Below the pieces are notes generated by a model. The model did not search any database. It was not told where the DNA came from and saw only the letters and a program-made list of their open reading frames with translations. DNA of 64,000 nucleotides from Dehalococcoidia bacterium (GTDB lineage: Bacteria > Chloroflexota > Dehalococcoidia > UBA2979). How positions within the stretch are numbered: position 1 is the stretch's first letter; the number at the start of each line of letters is the position of its first letter. Both the position numbers and the translations under genes were made by a program. The stretch lies in NCBI GenBank assembly GCA_964291495.2, contig OZ219871.1:448001-512000 (forward strand), written 5' to 3'. This document shows positions 9,411-18,054 of the stretch, piece after piece.

Positions 9411-10640
9411 TTACTGGTTCGTCATCACCATCGAGGACGCGGTGCCGGGGTTCGCCCAACCGAGGTTGGCGGTGATCTCAGGGTCCTGCACCTGGCGGCA
9501 CGCGCCCTCGCTGTAGTCGAAGGTGTGCTCGCCCTCGCAGTAGTCGTCCACCTGCAAGCGCAGCTGGCGCACGTTCTCGATCACCATGTTCATGCCGTGC
9601 GTGTAGCCCTCGCAGAGGTGGCCGCCCGAGGGGTTGTTCGGCCGCTTGCCGCCGAGGCGGATGGTGCCGTCGGAGACGTAGTTGCCGCCCTCGCCGATCG
9701 GGCAGAAGCCGTAGGCCTCGAGCTGGATCAGCGAGGTGAAGGTGAACGCGTCGTAGGAGCCGGTGATGTCGATGTCCTCGGGGCCGACTCCCGCGTTCGG
9801 CCAGAGGATGCGCGCGTTGTACTCGCCGGCGACCTGCGAGACCGGGTCGTTCTGCCAGGGGTAGCCGGCCTGCCACTTACAGACGCGCCCCGCCAGCCCG
9901 AGGATCTTGACCACCGGCTTCGCCAGGCTCGCCGCCCGCTCCGCCGTCGTCACGATGATCGCGGTCCCGTTGTCCGTCTCCACGCAGCAGTCGAGCAGGT
10001 GGAACGGCTTCACGATGTAGCGGGAGTTGACCACGTCCTCCACGGTCAGCCGCGTCTTGTAGTAGGCCTTCGGGTTGTTCGAGGCGCCCCAGCTGTGGGC
10101 GACCTTGACCTCGGCGAGTTGCTCGTTGGTCGTGCCGTAGTTGTGCATGTGGCGCACGAAGGCGAGGGAGAAGCTCTGCAGCGGCGTGCTAAAGCCGTAG
10201 ATCGCCGTCTGCAGCGTGTCCAGGCCGTTGGCCGTGGTGAAGCGCGGGGCCTGCTGGCCGGTGCCGCCGGTTCGCGTCTCCGTGAAACCGTTCATCGAGC
10301 GGTTGATGATCACCGCGTCGCACATCCCGGCTTCGATCACGCCGACGGCCATGCCGGTCAGCGCCTCGGTCGAGGAGCCGCCGCCCATGCAGTCGAAGAA
10401 GAAGTCAAGACGGATGCCGACCTCGCCGGCGAGGTCCGGGGCGTTGGCGGAGCCGCGGCCCTGGTAGGAGAGCATGCCCCAGCTGATCTCCTTGCGGTCC
10501 TCCCACATTCCCGCGTCCTGCATCGCGTTGCGGATCGCCTCGGCGCCCATCGACCGCGTGGTGCGGCCGGAGTTGCGGGAGTACTCGGTCTCCCCGACAC
10601 CTACGATCGCGTACTTGCCTCTGATCTCCGGACCCGGCAT
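9411..10640 (-). CDS. thiolase-fold lipid-transfer (SCP-x/Ltp-like) protein
   Basis: AIVGVGET, PFHLLDCCVETD, YDAFT, NPSGGHLCEGYTHG; GGAG RBS. Confidence 0.88.
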   Translation of the reverse strand: MPGPEIRGKYAIVGVGETEYSRNSGRTTRSMGAEAIRNAMQDAGMWEDRKEISWGMLSYQGRGSANAPDLAGEVGIRLDFFFDCMGGGSSTEALTGMAVGVIEAGMCDAVIINRSMNGFTETRTGGTGQQAPRFTTANGLDTLQTAIYGFSTPLQSFSLAFVRHMHNYGTTNEQLAEVKVAHSWGASNNPKAYYKTRLTVEDVVNSRYIVKPFHLLDCCVETDNGTAIIVTTAERAASLAKPVVKILGLAGRVCKWQAGYPWQNDPVSQVAGEYNARILWPNAGVGPEDIDITGSYDAFTFTSLIQLEAYGFCPIGEGGNYVSDGTIRLGGKRPNNPSGGHLCEGYTHGMNMVIENVRQLRLQVDDYCEGEHTFDYSEGACRQVQDPEITANLGWANPGTASSMVMTNQ

Positions 10641-10863
10641 CGGTAGCTCCCTCCGCGGCGCACGCGAAACCCTGCCCACGGGCGCGCTCCGCTTCATAGC
10701 ATGGCGTTGAAGTCGTCGCAAACCTCGGCCCATGCGAGGCCTCGAGGCGGCTCGCCGAACCCCGACGCACCCTCCGTCGCTGGCGACCCCGCAGTGCCGG
10801 TGGTATCGTCCGGGCGCTCCTCGCCGGACGCTCCGGCGGGGGCTGGCGAAGGGGAAGATGCGC

Positions 10864-12084
10864 ATGCCCCCAGAGGACTTCCGCGACAGCGTGGCGATCG
10901 TCGGGATCGGCTACAGCCGCAGCCCGTCGGCGCCCGGTGGGTTCTCCAAGAACTCCGGCGAAAGCGTCACCACGCTCACCGTCCGCGCGGCCCGCGAGGC
11001 CGCCGCCGACGCCGGCATGGACCCGAAGGACATCGACGCAGGGGTCACCTACCAGACGAGCGACTCGATCGAGCCGCAGGCGGCGCTGCGCGCGCTGGGC
11101 GTGAGGCGCATCCACCAGGACACCAACCTCACGGGCGGCGGCAACTACGCCTCCGCCTCGATCATGATGGGCGCGCAGATCATCTACCACGGCATGGCCG
11201 ACTACTGTCTGGTCTACCGCTCGATGAACGGGCGCTCCGGGTTCCGCATGGGCCAGTCCGGCGCGGGCGCCGGCGGAGGGACCAACCGCGTTGGCGGCCC
11301 CGGCCAGTTCCAGAACATCTACGGCCTCGCCGGTCCGCCCACCACCTACGCGCAGCAGGCGCGGCGCTACATGGACCTCTACAACGTCTCCAGCGCCGAC
11401 CTCGCCGAGTGGTCCGTGAACTCGCGCAGCAACGCGGTCAAGAATCCCCGCGCCACGATGCGCGACCCGATCACGGTCGAGGACCACCAGAACTCGCGCT
11501 ACATCGTGAACCCCTACCACCTGCTGGACTGCTGCCTGGAGACGGACGTGGCCTGCGCCATGATCCTCACCAGCGCCGAGCGGGCGAAGGACATGCGCAA
11601 GACGCCGCTGCTGATCCGCGGCGCGATCGGCGGGCCCAGCCCCTTCGCCGACCTCGCCGACACCGGCTTCAAGTACATGCGCGACAAGCTCTTCGCGGCC
11701 GCCGACATCCAGCTCAGCGACATCGACATCGCGCTGCTCTACGACAACTTCACGGACTGCCCGATGCGCATGGTCGAGGACATCGGCTGGTGCGGGCCGG
11801 GCGAGTGCGCCGACTTCGTGAGGAGCGGCGCGACCGCGCTGGACGGCGAGATCCCGATGCAGACCCAGGGCGGCCTGATCAACGAGGGCTACTGCCACGG
11901 CCTCAACAACGCCCTCGAGGCCGCACAGCAGCTCTGGGGCGAGGCCGAATGCCTCTGTCCCAACTGGTCCGAGGGCGAGCACACGTTCGATCGCGAGATC
12001 TGTCGCCAGACGCGCGACCCGAAGATCGCGCTGCACACCGGCGTGGTCGGCAAGAGCGCGCTCGTGATGATGAAGGCGGACTGA
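10864..12084 (+). CDS. thiolase-fold lipid-transfer (SCP-x/Ltp-like) protein
   Basis: AIVGIGYS, PYHLLDCCLETD, YDNFT, TQGGLINEGYCHG; start 10858 or 10864. Confidence 0.88.
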   Translation: MPPEDFRDSVAIVGIGYSRSPSAPGGFSKNSGESVTTLTVRAAREAAADAGMDPKDIDAGVTYQTSDSIEPQAALRALGVRRIHQDTNLTGGGNYASASIMMGAQIIYHGMADYCLVYRSMNGRSGFRMGQSGAGAGGGTNRVGGPGQFQNIYGLAGPPTTYAQQARRYMDLYNVSSADLAEWSVNSRSNAVKNPRATMRDPITVEDHQNSRYIVNPYHLLDCCLETDVACAMILTSAERAKDMRKTPLLIRGAIGGPSPFADLADTGFKYMRDKLFAAADIQLSDIDIALLYDNFTDCPMRMVEDIGWCGPGECADFVRSGATALDGEIPMQTQGGLINEGYCHGLNNALEAAQQLWGEAECLCPNWSEGEHTFDREICRQTRDPKIALHTGVVGKSALVMMKAD

Positions 12085-12086
12085 CG

Positions 12087-12539
12087 ATGGCTGACGAGTA
12101 CCCCTACCTGCTGCCCCAGCCGGACGTACTGACCCAGGGCTACTGGGACGCGCTCCGGGAGCACCGCCTGGTGCTCCAGCGCTGCCGGTCCTGCGAGACC
12201 TTCCAGCACCCGCCGGACCGCACCTGCCGGTTCTGCCCCGACGACGAACTGGACTGGGAGGAGGTGAGCGGCAAGGGCACGCTCTACACCTACGCGATCG
12301 TCACGCAGGGCATCCTCGGCCCCTGGCGCGGCCACGACCCCTACAACGTCATCCAGGTGCTGCCCGACGAGGTGGACCCGGCGAGCGTGAGCGTCCACAA
12401 CAACGCCACCTACAACGTCGTCTACGGCAACGCCGTCGAGGTGGACAACGACGACCTCGAGGTCGGCATGGCGATGGAAGCCGTCTTCGACGACGTGACC
12501 GACGATGTGACGATCCTGCGCTGGAAGCCGGCGAGCTAA
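12087..12539 (+). CDS. DUF35 Zn-ribbon/OB-fold protein (ChsH2 C-terminus-like)
   Basis: LQRCRSC...HPP...CRFC, VSGKGTLYTY, LEVGMAMEAVF. Confidence 0.88.
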   Translation: MADEYPYLLPQPDVLTQGYWDALREHRLVLQRCRSCETFQHPPDRTCRFCPDDELDWEEVSGKGTLYTYAIVTQGILGPWRGHDPYNVIQVLPDEVDPASVSVHNNATYNVVYGNAVEVDNDDLEVGMAMEAVFDDVTDDVTILRWKPAS

Positions 12540-12565
12540 CAGCGCCGCATCCGGGAGGCCGAGCC

Positions 12566-12802
12566 GTGGAGCGCCGCTTCCGCAAGGCCCTGTTCGCCCT
12601 CGCCCGCGAGGCGAGCGACGCGCCCGACCTGCGCGAGCGCTTCGACGCATTCATCGCCGAGGTGCGCACGCACCCGGCTCCGGTCCGGCCCTACGCGGAC
12701 GAGGTCCGCGACACGCTGCTCGCGCTGAGCTTCCGCCCGGAGGTCGCCGACGACCTGCACCGCCGCTACCGCGACGCACGCATCGGCTCATCAGCGGCGT
12801 AG
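12566..12802 (+). CDS. small hypothetical protein (78 aa)
   Basis: GGGAGG RBS 7 nt before GTG; high GC3. Confidence 0.5.
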   Translation: MERRFRKALFALAREASDAPDLRERFDAFIAEVRTHPAPVRPYADEVRDTLLALSFRPEVADDLHRRYRDARIGSSAA

Positions 12803-12851
12803 CGGCGGGCTGTTCCAGCTCGGAGTGGCTGTCCTTTCCATCGCAGTCAGA

Positions 12852-12866
12852 ATATGATTTTCATAT
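12852..12866. promoter_or_regulatory. palindromic operator of the vapBC pair
   Basis: ATATGA-TTT-TCATAT perfect inverted repeat 25 bp upstream of the antitoxin. Confidence 0.55.
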
Positions 12867-12891
12867 CGAGCGATTCATACGGAGCAAGCTC

Positions 12892-13110
12892 ATGCGAGTT
12901 TCCGAACGAGGCCAGGTCACGATCCCCAAGAAGCTGCGGGATCGCTACGGCATGCACCACGACGTCGAGGTCGAGATGACGCCCACGGACGGCGGCATCC
13001 TGATCCGCAAGCGGACGAGCGGGGAGCACCCCGTGGATCGCGCCTACGGGATTCTGGCGGTTCCCGGCTGGAGTACCGACGAGTACATGAAGGAAATCCG
13101 CGGCAGGTGA
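12892..13110 (+). CDS. vapB: AbrB/MazE/SpoVT family antitoxin
   Basis: RVSERGQVTIPKKLR...GGILIRK. Confidence 0.88.
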   Translation: MRVSERGQVTIPKKLRDRYGMHHDVEVEMTPTDGGILIRKRTSGEHPVDRAYGILAVPGWSTDEYMKEIRGR

Positions 13111-13514
13111 TCACCGCCGTCGATACCAACGTCATCCTGGACGTGCTGCTGCTCGACGAGATACACGGACCGCCCTCACGCGAGTGGCTCCGCGACGCCT
13201 TCGACCGTGGCGCGGTCCTCGTGAGCGACATCGCGTACGCGGAGTTGGTCCCGGCCGTGCCTGACCGACCTGCGCTTGACCGCGCGCTGCGGGCGCTCGG
13301 GCTGCAACCCTCACCCGTCGACAACGCAATCGCGTGGGAAGCCGGAGTGCGCTGGGGGCGCTACCGCCGGGCGGGCGGGCCGCGCCAGCGGATCATGACG
13401 GACTTCCTGATCGGCGCTCACGCCCTCGCGACGGCCGATGCGTTCCTCACCCGCAACCAGCGCTTCTACGCCACATACTTCCCGGAGCTGTCGACCCCGG
13501 CCGCCTCGGCCTGA
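13107..13514 (+). CDS. vapC: PIN-domain toxin
   Basis: AVDTNVILD, YAEL, DFLIGAHA, FLTRN; GTGA overlap. Confidence 0.9.
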   Translation: MITAVDTNVILDVLLLDEIHGPPSREWLRDAFDRGAVLVSDIAYAELVPAVPDRPALDRALRALGLQPSPVDNAIAWEAGVRWGRYRRAGGPRQRIMTDFLIGAHALATADAFLTRNQRFYATYFPELSTPAASA

Positions 13515-13532
13515 GGTCGGCCCACCCTCGGC

Positions 13533-13883
13533 TCAGCGCTGGAAGAAGGAGATCGCCGCGCCCGACGGGTCGGTCGCGAGAGCGGTGCGGCCGTGGTCGC
13601 CCATGTCTCGAACCTCGCCGGCGCTGCCGCCGCCGGCGCTGACGGCGGCAAGTGCGGCCTCCAGGTCGTCGACCTCGAAGACGGGGACGGGCTGGCCGGT
13701 GGCCGCACCCTGGCCCTCGGCGGCGCTTGCGATGGCGAGTGAGATGTCGCCCGCGGAGAGCTGCACCCAGTTCGCGCCGTCCCGGAACTGCTCCGAGAGC
13801 CCCAGCGTCTCGGTGTAGAAGCGGGCAGCCGCCTCCACGTCCTCGGCGACGATGTAGACCTGCCGGATCCGCTTGACCTCCAC
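13533..13883 (-). CDS. VOC/glyoxalase family protein
   Basis: EDVEAAARFYTETLGL, FEVDDLEAA, TDPSG. Confidence 0.8.
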   Translation of the reverse strand: MEVKRIRQVYIVAEDVEAAARFYTETLGLSEQFRDGANWVQLSAGDISLAIASAAEGQGAATGQPVPVFEVDDLEAALAAVSAGGGSAGEVRDMGDHGRTALATDPSGAAISFFQR

Positions 13884-14032
13884 GCCGCACCCCTTTCGCG
13901 CGTCGTTGCGTGCGTTCGCGCGCATCGTAGCCGCGCAGCGCCGCCCGTTCGAGCGGTCGCGAGGGCTCGCGCCCACGCGGCGGGCCGCTGGTATGATGCG
14001 CCAGCCGACACGGACCGACGACGGGTGAGAGC

Positions 14033-14818
14033 ATGACAACGAGCACCGAGACGCACACGACGGAGCAGATCGAGGTCGCGGGCCGCCGCGTCCAGTACCT
14101 GCAAGGCGGGAGCGGCGACCCGGTGCTGGTGCTGCACCACTCGATCGGCAACCACGGCTGGCTGCCCGCCCACGAGCAGCTGGCTGCGTCGCGCCAGGTG
14201 CTCGTGCCGGACCTCCCCGGATACGGCCAGTCCGAGCGCCCCGAGTGGGCCCGCGACACCCGTGACATCGCGATCCTGATCTTCCAGATGCTCGACAAGC
14301 TCGGCCACGGCTCGATCCCCGTCGTCGGCCTCGGCTTCGGCGGCTGGATCGCCGCCGAGATGGCGACGATGAACCAGCAGGGCGTCTCCAGCCTCGTGCT
14401 CGTCGGCGCGCCCGGCATCCAGCCGGACGAGGGCGAGATCCTCGACCAGATGCTGATCGACTACGACGAGTACGTGCAGGCCGGCTTCAGCAGCGAGGAG
14501 AGCTTCCACGCCGAGTTCGGCGAGGACCCGGCCCCCGAGGTCCGCGAGCTGTGGGACTTCAGCCGCGAGATGACCGCGCGCCTCACCTGGAAGCCCTACA
14601 TGTTCAACCGCCGCCTGCCACACCTCCTCCGGGAAGTTCAGACCCCGACCCTGCTGGTCTGGGGCGCCGAGGACAGCGTGGTGCCGCTCGCCGTCGCGCA
14701 GGCCTACGAGGCCGCGCTGCCCAACGCCAGCCTCGAGGTCGTCGCGGACTGCGGCCACATGGTGGACATGGAGCAGCCGGACCGGCTGGCGGAGCTCGTC
14801 GCCGCCCACCTCGGCTGA
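14033..14818 (+). CDS. alpha/beta-fold hydrolase-like protein
   Basis: VLVLHH, PDLPGYGQS, GLGFGG elbow, LVWGAEDSVVP, CGHMVDME. Confidence 0.88.
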   Translation: MTTSTETHTTEQIEVAGRRVQYLQGGSGDPVLVLHHSIGNHGWLPAHEQLAASRQVLVPDLPGYGQSERPEWARDTRDIAILIFQMLDKLGHGSIPVVGLGFGGWIAAEMATMNQQGVSSLVLVGAPGIQPDEGEILDQMLIDYDEYVQAGFSSEESFHAEFGEDPAPEVRELWDFSREMTARLTWKPYMFNRRLPHLLREVQTPTLLVWGAEDSVVPLAVAQAYEAALPNASLEVVADCGHMVDMEQPDRLAELVAAHLG

Positions 14819-14978
14819 TCGCAGACGGCGGGATCGCGGCGGCGCACGCTGCGGCCGCCTGAGTCGCGCACAAGGAACTGCGGCGCAGCGCACACGCGTG
14901 CCGACCCGCCGCCACGCGGTGTACGATGGCGACGAGGCGCGCCCCTCGCGCGGCGCGCCCTGAAGGCAGGAGACGGCA

Positions 14979-16292
14979 ATGTTCATCGGTCACTTCACGG
15001 AGCGCCCGTACCAGGACCCGAAGTCCGGAGTCTTCGGCACCACCGCGCGCCCGATTCCCGACCTTGGCATCACCAACGAGGTCTACGACCCGGAGGTCGG
15101 CGCGGAGCTCTACAACCGCTACCTCGATGAGCGCGTCTACGCCGAGGAGATGGGCTTCGACGGCGTGATGCTCAACGAGCACCACTCGACGCCGTTCTGC
15201 ATGGGCTCCGTGATGAACGTCGAGGCCGCGATCCTCGCGCGCATCACGAAGAAGGTGAAGATCGTGCTGCTCGGCAACATCCTGCCGATCTGGGACGACC
15301 CGCTCTTCCTCGCCGAGGAACTGGCCGAGATCGACATGATCTCGCGCGGCCGGCTCGTCACCGGCTGGGTGCGAGGGACGGGGCGCGAGAGCGTCTCGCA
15401 CAACTCGCAGCCGCCGTTTAATTGGGAGCGCTTCCAGGAGGCCCACGACTTCATCGTGAAGGCCTGGACCACGCCCGGCCCGTACCGCTGGGAGGGCGAG
15501 CACTACAACTTCCGCTACGTGAACCCCTGGGCGAAGCCCTACCAGGACCCGCACCCGCCGATCTGGATCCCCGGCGTGATGAGCAAGAACACCGTCGAGT
15601 GGTCCGCCCGGCACCGCTACCCCTACGTCATGCTCGCCACCGACCTCGAGCCCACGAAGCAGTCCTTCGAGTACTACGCCGAGGTCGCCGCCGAGGAGGG
15701 CTACGAGGCCGGCTCGCAGCACCGCGGCTACCTCTTCAAGGTCCACGTCGACGAAACCGAGGAGCTCGCCTACGAGACCGCGCAGAAGTACGTGGAAGGT
15801 CCGCCCAACCCGTTCCTGGAGGGCAACCAGGGTGTCGTCCGCACCTTCCTCCAGAACCTGCCCGGCCTGACCTCACGCACGCACCTGCTGCCCACCTCGA
15901 TCAACCGCGCCGCCGCCGCCGCGCGTGGCCGCGCCGGGCTCGCCGAGAAGGAGAGCACCGAAGCCGACCGCAAGGAGACGCTGCCGGCGGCCGGCTTCCA
16001 GGGCACCTACGACGAGCAGCTGGAGCGCTACACGATCATCACCGGCACGCCGAAGACCGTGATCCCGAAGGTCCGCCACGTCCTCGAGTACCTGCGGCCC
16101 GGCGCGATCTTCTTCTGGGACGGCGACGGCGCGATGAGCCACGAGGACCAGATGCGCAGCCTCAAGCTGTTCGGCGAGGAGGTCCTCCCCGCCGTCCGCG
16201 AGATCGGCGAGGAACTCGACCTGCGCGGCCCCTACGAGGTGGACCCGGCGACCAACGAGCCGGTCGCCGACGAGGCCGCGGCCCCCGCCTGA
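14979..16292 (+). CDS. LLM class flavin-dependent oxidoreductase
   Basis: AEEMGFDGVMLNEHH, LAEELAEIDMISRGRL, PYQDPHPPIW, LFGEEVLP. Confidence 0.9.
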   Translation: MFIGHFTERPYQDPKSGVFGTTARPIPDLGITNEVYDPEVGAELYNRYLDERVYAEEMGFDGVMLNEHHSTPFCMGSVMNVEAAILARITKKVKIVLLGNILPIWDDPLFLAEELAEIDMISRGRLVTGWVRGTGRESVSHNSQPPFNWERFQEAHDFIVKAWTTPGPYRWEGEHYNFRYVNPWAKPYQDPHPPIWIPGVMSKNTVEWSARHRYPYVMLATDLEPTKQSFEYYAEVAAEEGYEAGSQHRGYLFKVHVDETEELAYETAQKYVEGPPNPFLEGNQGVVRTFLQNLPGLTSRTHLLPTSINRAAAAARGRAGLAEKESTEADRKETLPAAGFQGTYDEQLERYTIITGTPKTVIPKVRHVLEYLRPGAIFFWDGDGAMSHEDQMRSLKLFGEEVLPAVREIGEELDLRGPYEVDPATNEPVADEAAAPA

Positions 16293-16317
16293 TCGCGAGG
16301 CGCAACGCGCGGGCACG

Positions 16318-17961
16318 ATGAGCGAGCCGCCCCCCGCCCGGGCCGACGTCGCCGTCATCGGCGGCGGGCCGGGCGGCAGCAGCGCCGCGGCGCTGCTCGC
16401 CCGCGGCGGCCTCAGCGTCGTCTTGCTGGAGCGCGAGCGTTTCCCCCGCGACCACGTCGGCGAGTCGCTGCTGCCGGCCAGCATCCCGATCCTCGAACGG
16501 CTCGGCGTGCTCCCCGCCATCGAGGAGGCCGGCTTCCTGCCCAAGCACGGCGCGACGATGGTCTGGGGCTCGGACCCGGAGCCCTGGAGCTGGTACTTCC
16601 GCGAGACCAACCGCAGCTACCCCAGCTCCTTCCAGGTCACCCGCCCCGAGTTCGACCAGATCCTGCTCGAACACGCCCGCACGCTCGGCGCCGAGGTGCG
16701 CGAGGGCTGCCGGGCCGTCGACGTGCCCTTTCAGGACGGCCGCGCCAGCGGCGTGCGCTACCGCACGGAGGAGGGCGCCGAGGGCTTCGTCGCCGCCCGC
16801 TGGGTCGTAGACGCCAGCGGCCAGTCGGCGCTGCTCGGTCACGCCCTCGGCCTGCGCGAGTGGGACGACTTCTTCCGTAACCTCGCGATCTACGGCTACT
16901 TCGAGGACGCCGAACGCCTGCCGGAGCCGGATGCCACCAACATCTTCATCGAGTCCTGCGAGCACGGCTGGTCATGGACGATCCCGTTGCACACCGGCCA
17001 GGCCAGCGTCGGCGTGGTCCTCGACAGCGACGCCGGGCAGCGCGCGATCGGCGAGCTGGGCGTCGAGGAGGCGTTCCGCGAGCGCATCGCCTCCGCGCCG
17101 CGCACGGCGGCGCTGCTTGAGCGCGCCACGCTCGTCGACGGGCCGCACGTCGTGCGCGACTGGTCCTACCGCTCGCGCCGGCTGGCGGGGCCGGGCTACG
17201 TCCTCGTCGGCGATGCCGGTTGCTTCGTCGACCCGCTGTTCTCCTCGGGCGTGCATCTGGCGCTGAGCAGCGGCGTGCTGGCCGCCGCCTACATCGCCTC
17301 GGCGCTGCGCGACCCGACGCTCGAGGGCCCGGCGGCCGAGGCCTACGCCGACCTCTACCTCGCGCAGTACAACAACTTCCACCGGCTGGCGATGCTCTTC
17401 TACTCGAGCAATCGCAGCGCCAGTTCCTATTTCTGGGAGGCGCGCCGGATCAGCGACGAGTCCGAGTTCAGCCCGCGCCACGCCTTCATCCGCATGGTCG
17501 CCGGGCAATCGCCGATCGGCTACGAGCGCGCCGTGATCAACCACGGCGACGCCCCGCCCGCCTTCGTCGCAGGCGTGCGCGCCGTCGAGGCGGAGCGCGA
17601 GGCGCGCCGCGCCGCCCTCGACCGCGCCGGTCCGGCGGCGGTCGCCGCCTCGGCGCCGCGCCTCGCCGCGGGCGTGCGCATCGAGCGCAAGCCGGTGATC
17701 GAGGGTGACGAGTTCGCGTGGGGCCACGTGCTGAGCAGCGAGCAGCGCCCGGAGGGCACGCCGCTCAGCCTGCCCGTCGCGCGCATGCTCGCCTCGGCGG
17801 ACGGTCGCGCCTCGATCGCGGAGCTGAGCGAGCGCATCGCCGCCGCCGCCGGCGTCACCGACGAGGCCACGCGCGCCCGCCTCACCGAGCAGCTCGCCGC
17901 CGCCGCCTCCATCCTCTACGTCGACGGCGCGATCGCGGAGCTCGCCGGGCTGGGGGGGTGA
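16318..17961 (+). CDS. flavin-dependent halogenase family protein with C-terminal extension
   Basis: GGGPGG, FPRDHVGESL, GFLPKHG (catalytic Lys position), WSWTIP (WxWxIP), GDAGCFVDPLFSSGV. Confidence 0.85.
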   Translation: MSEPPPARADVAVIGGGPGGSSAAALLARGGLSVVLLERERFPRDHVGESLLPASIPILERLGVLPAIEEAGFLPKHGATMVWGSDPEPWSWYFRETNRSYPSSFQVTRPEFDQILLEHARTLGAEVREGCRAVDVPFQDGRASGVRYRTEEGAEGFVAARWVVDASGQSALLGHALGLREWDDFFRNLAIYGYFEDAERLPEPDATNIFIESCEHGWSWTIPLHTGQASVGVVLDSDAGQRAIGELGVEEAFRERIASAPRTAALLERATLVDGPHVVRDWSYRSRRLAGPGYVLVGDAGCFVDPLFSSGVHLALSSGVLAAAYIASALRDPTLEGPAAEAYADLYLAQYNNFHRLAMLFYSSNRSASSYFWEARRISDESEFSPRHAFIRMVAGQSPIGYERAVINHGDAPPAFVAGVRAVEAEREARRAALDRAGPAAVAASAPRLAAGVRIERKPVIEGDEFAWGHVLSSEQRPEGTPLSLPVARMLASADGRASIAELSERIAAAAGVTDEATRARLTEQLAAAASILYVDGAIAELAGLGG

Positions 17962-18054
17962 CTGGCGCGTCAGGAACGGGCGCGCAGCTCGCCGCTGCCT
18001 GCCGAGATTGCATAACTCTATACGTCCATAGGGGCCCGATTATACGCCCACCAT

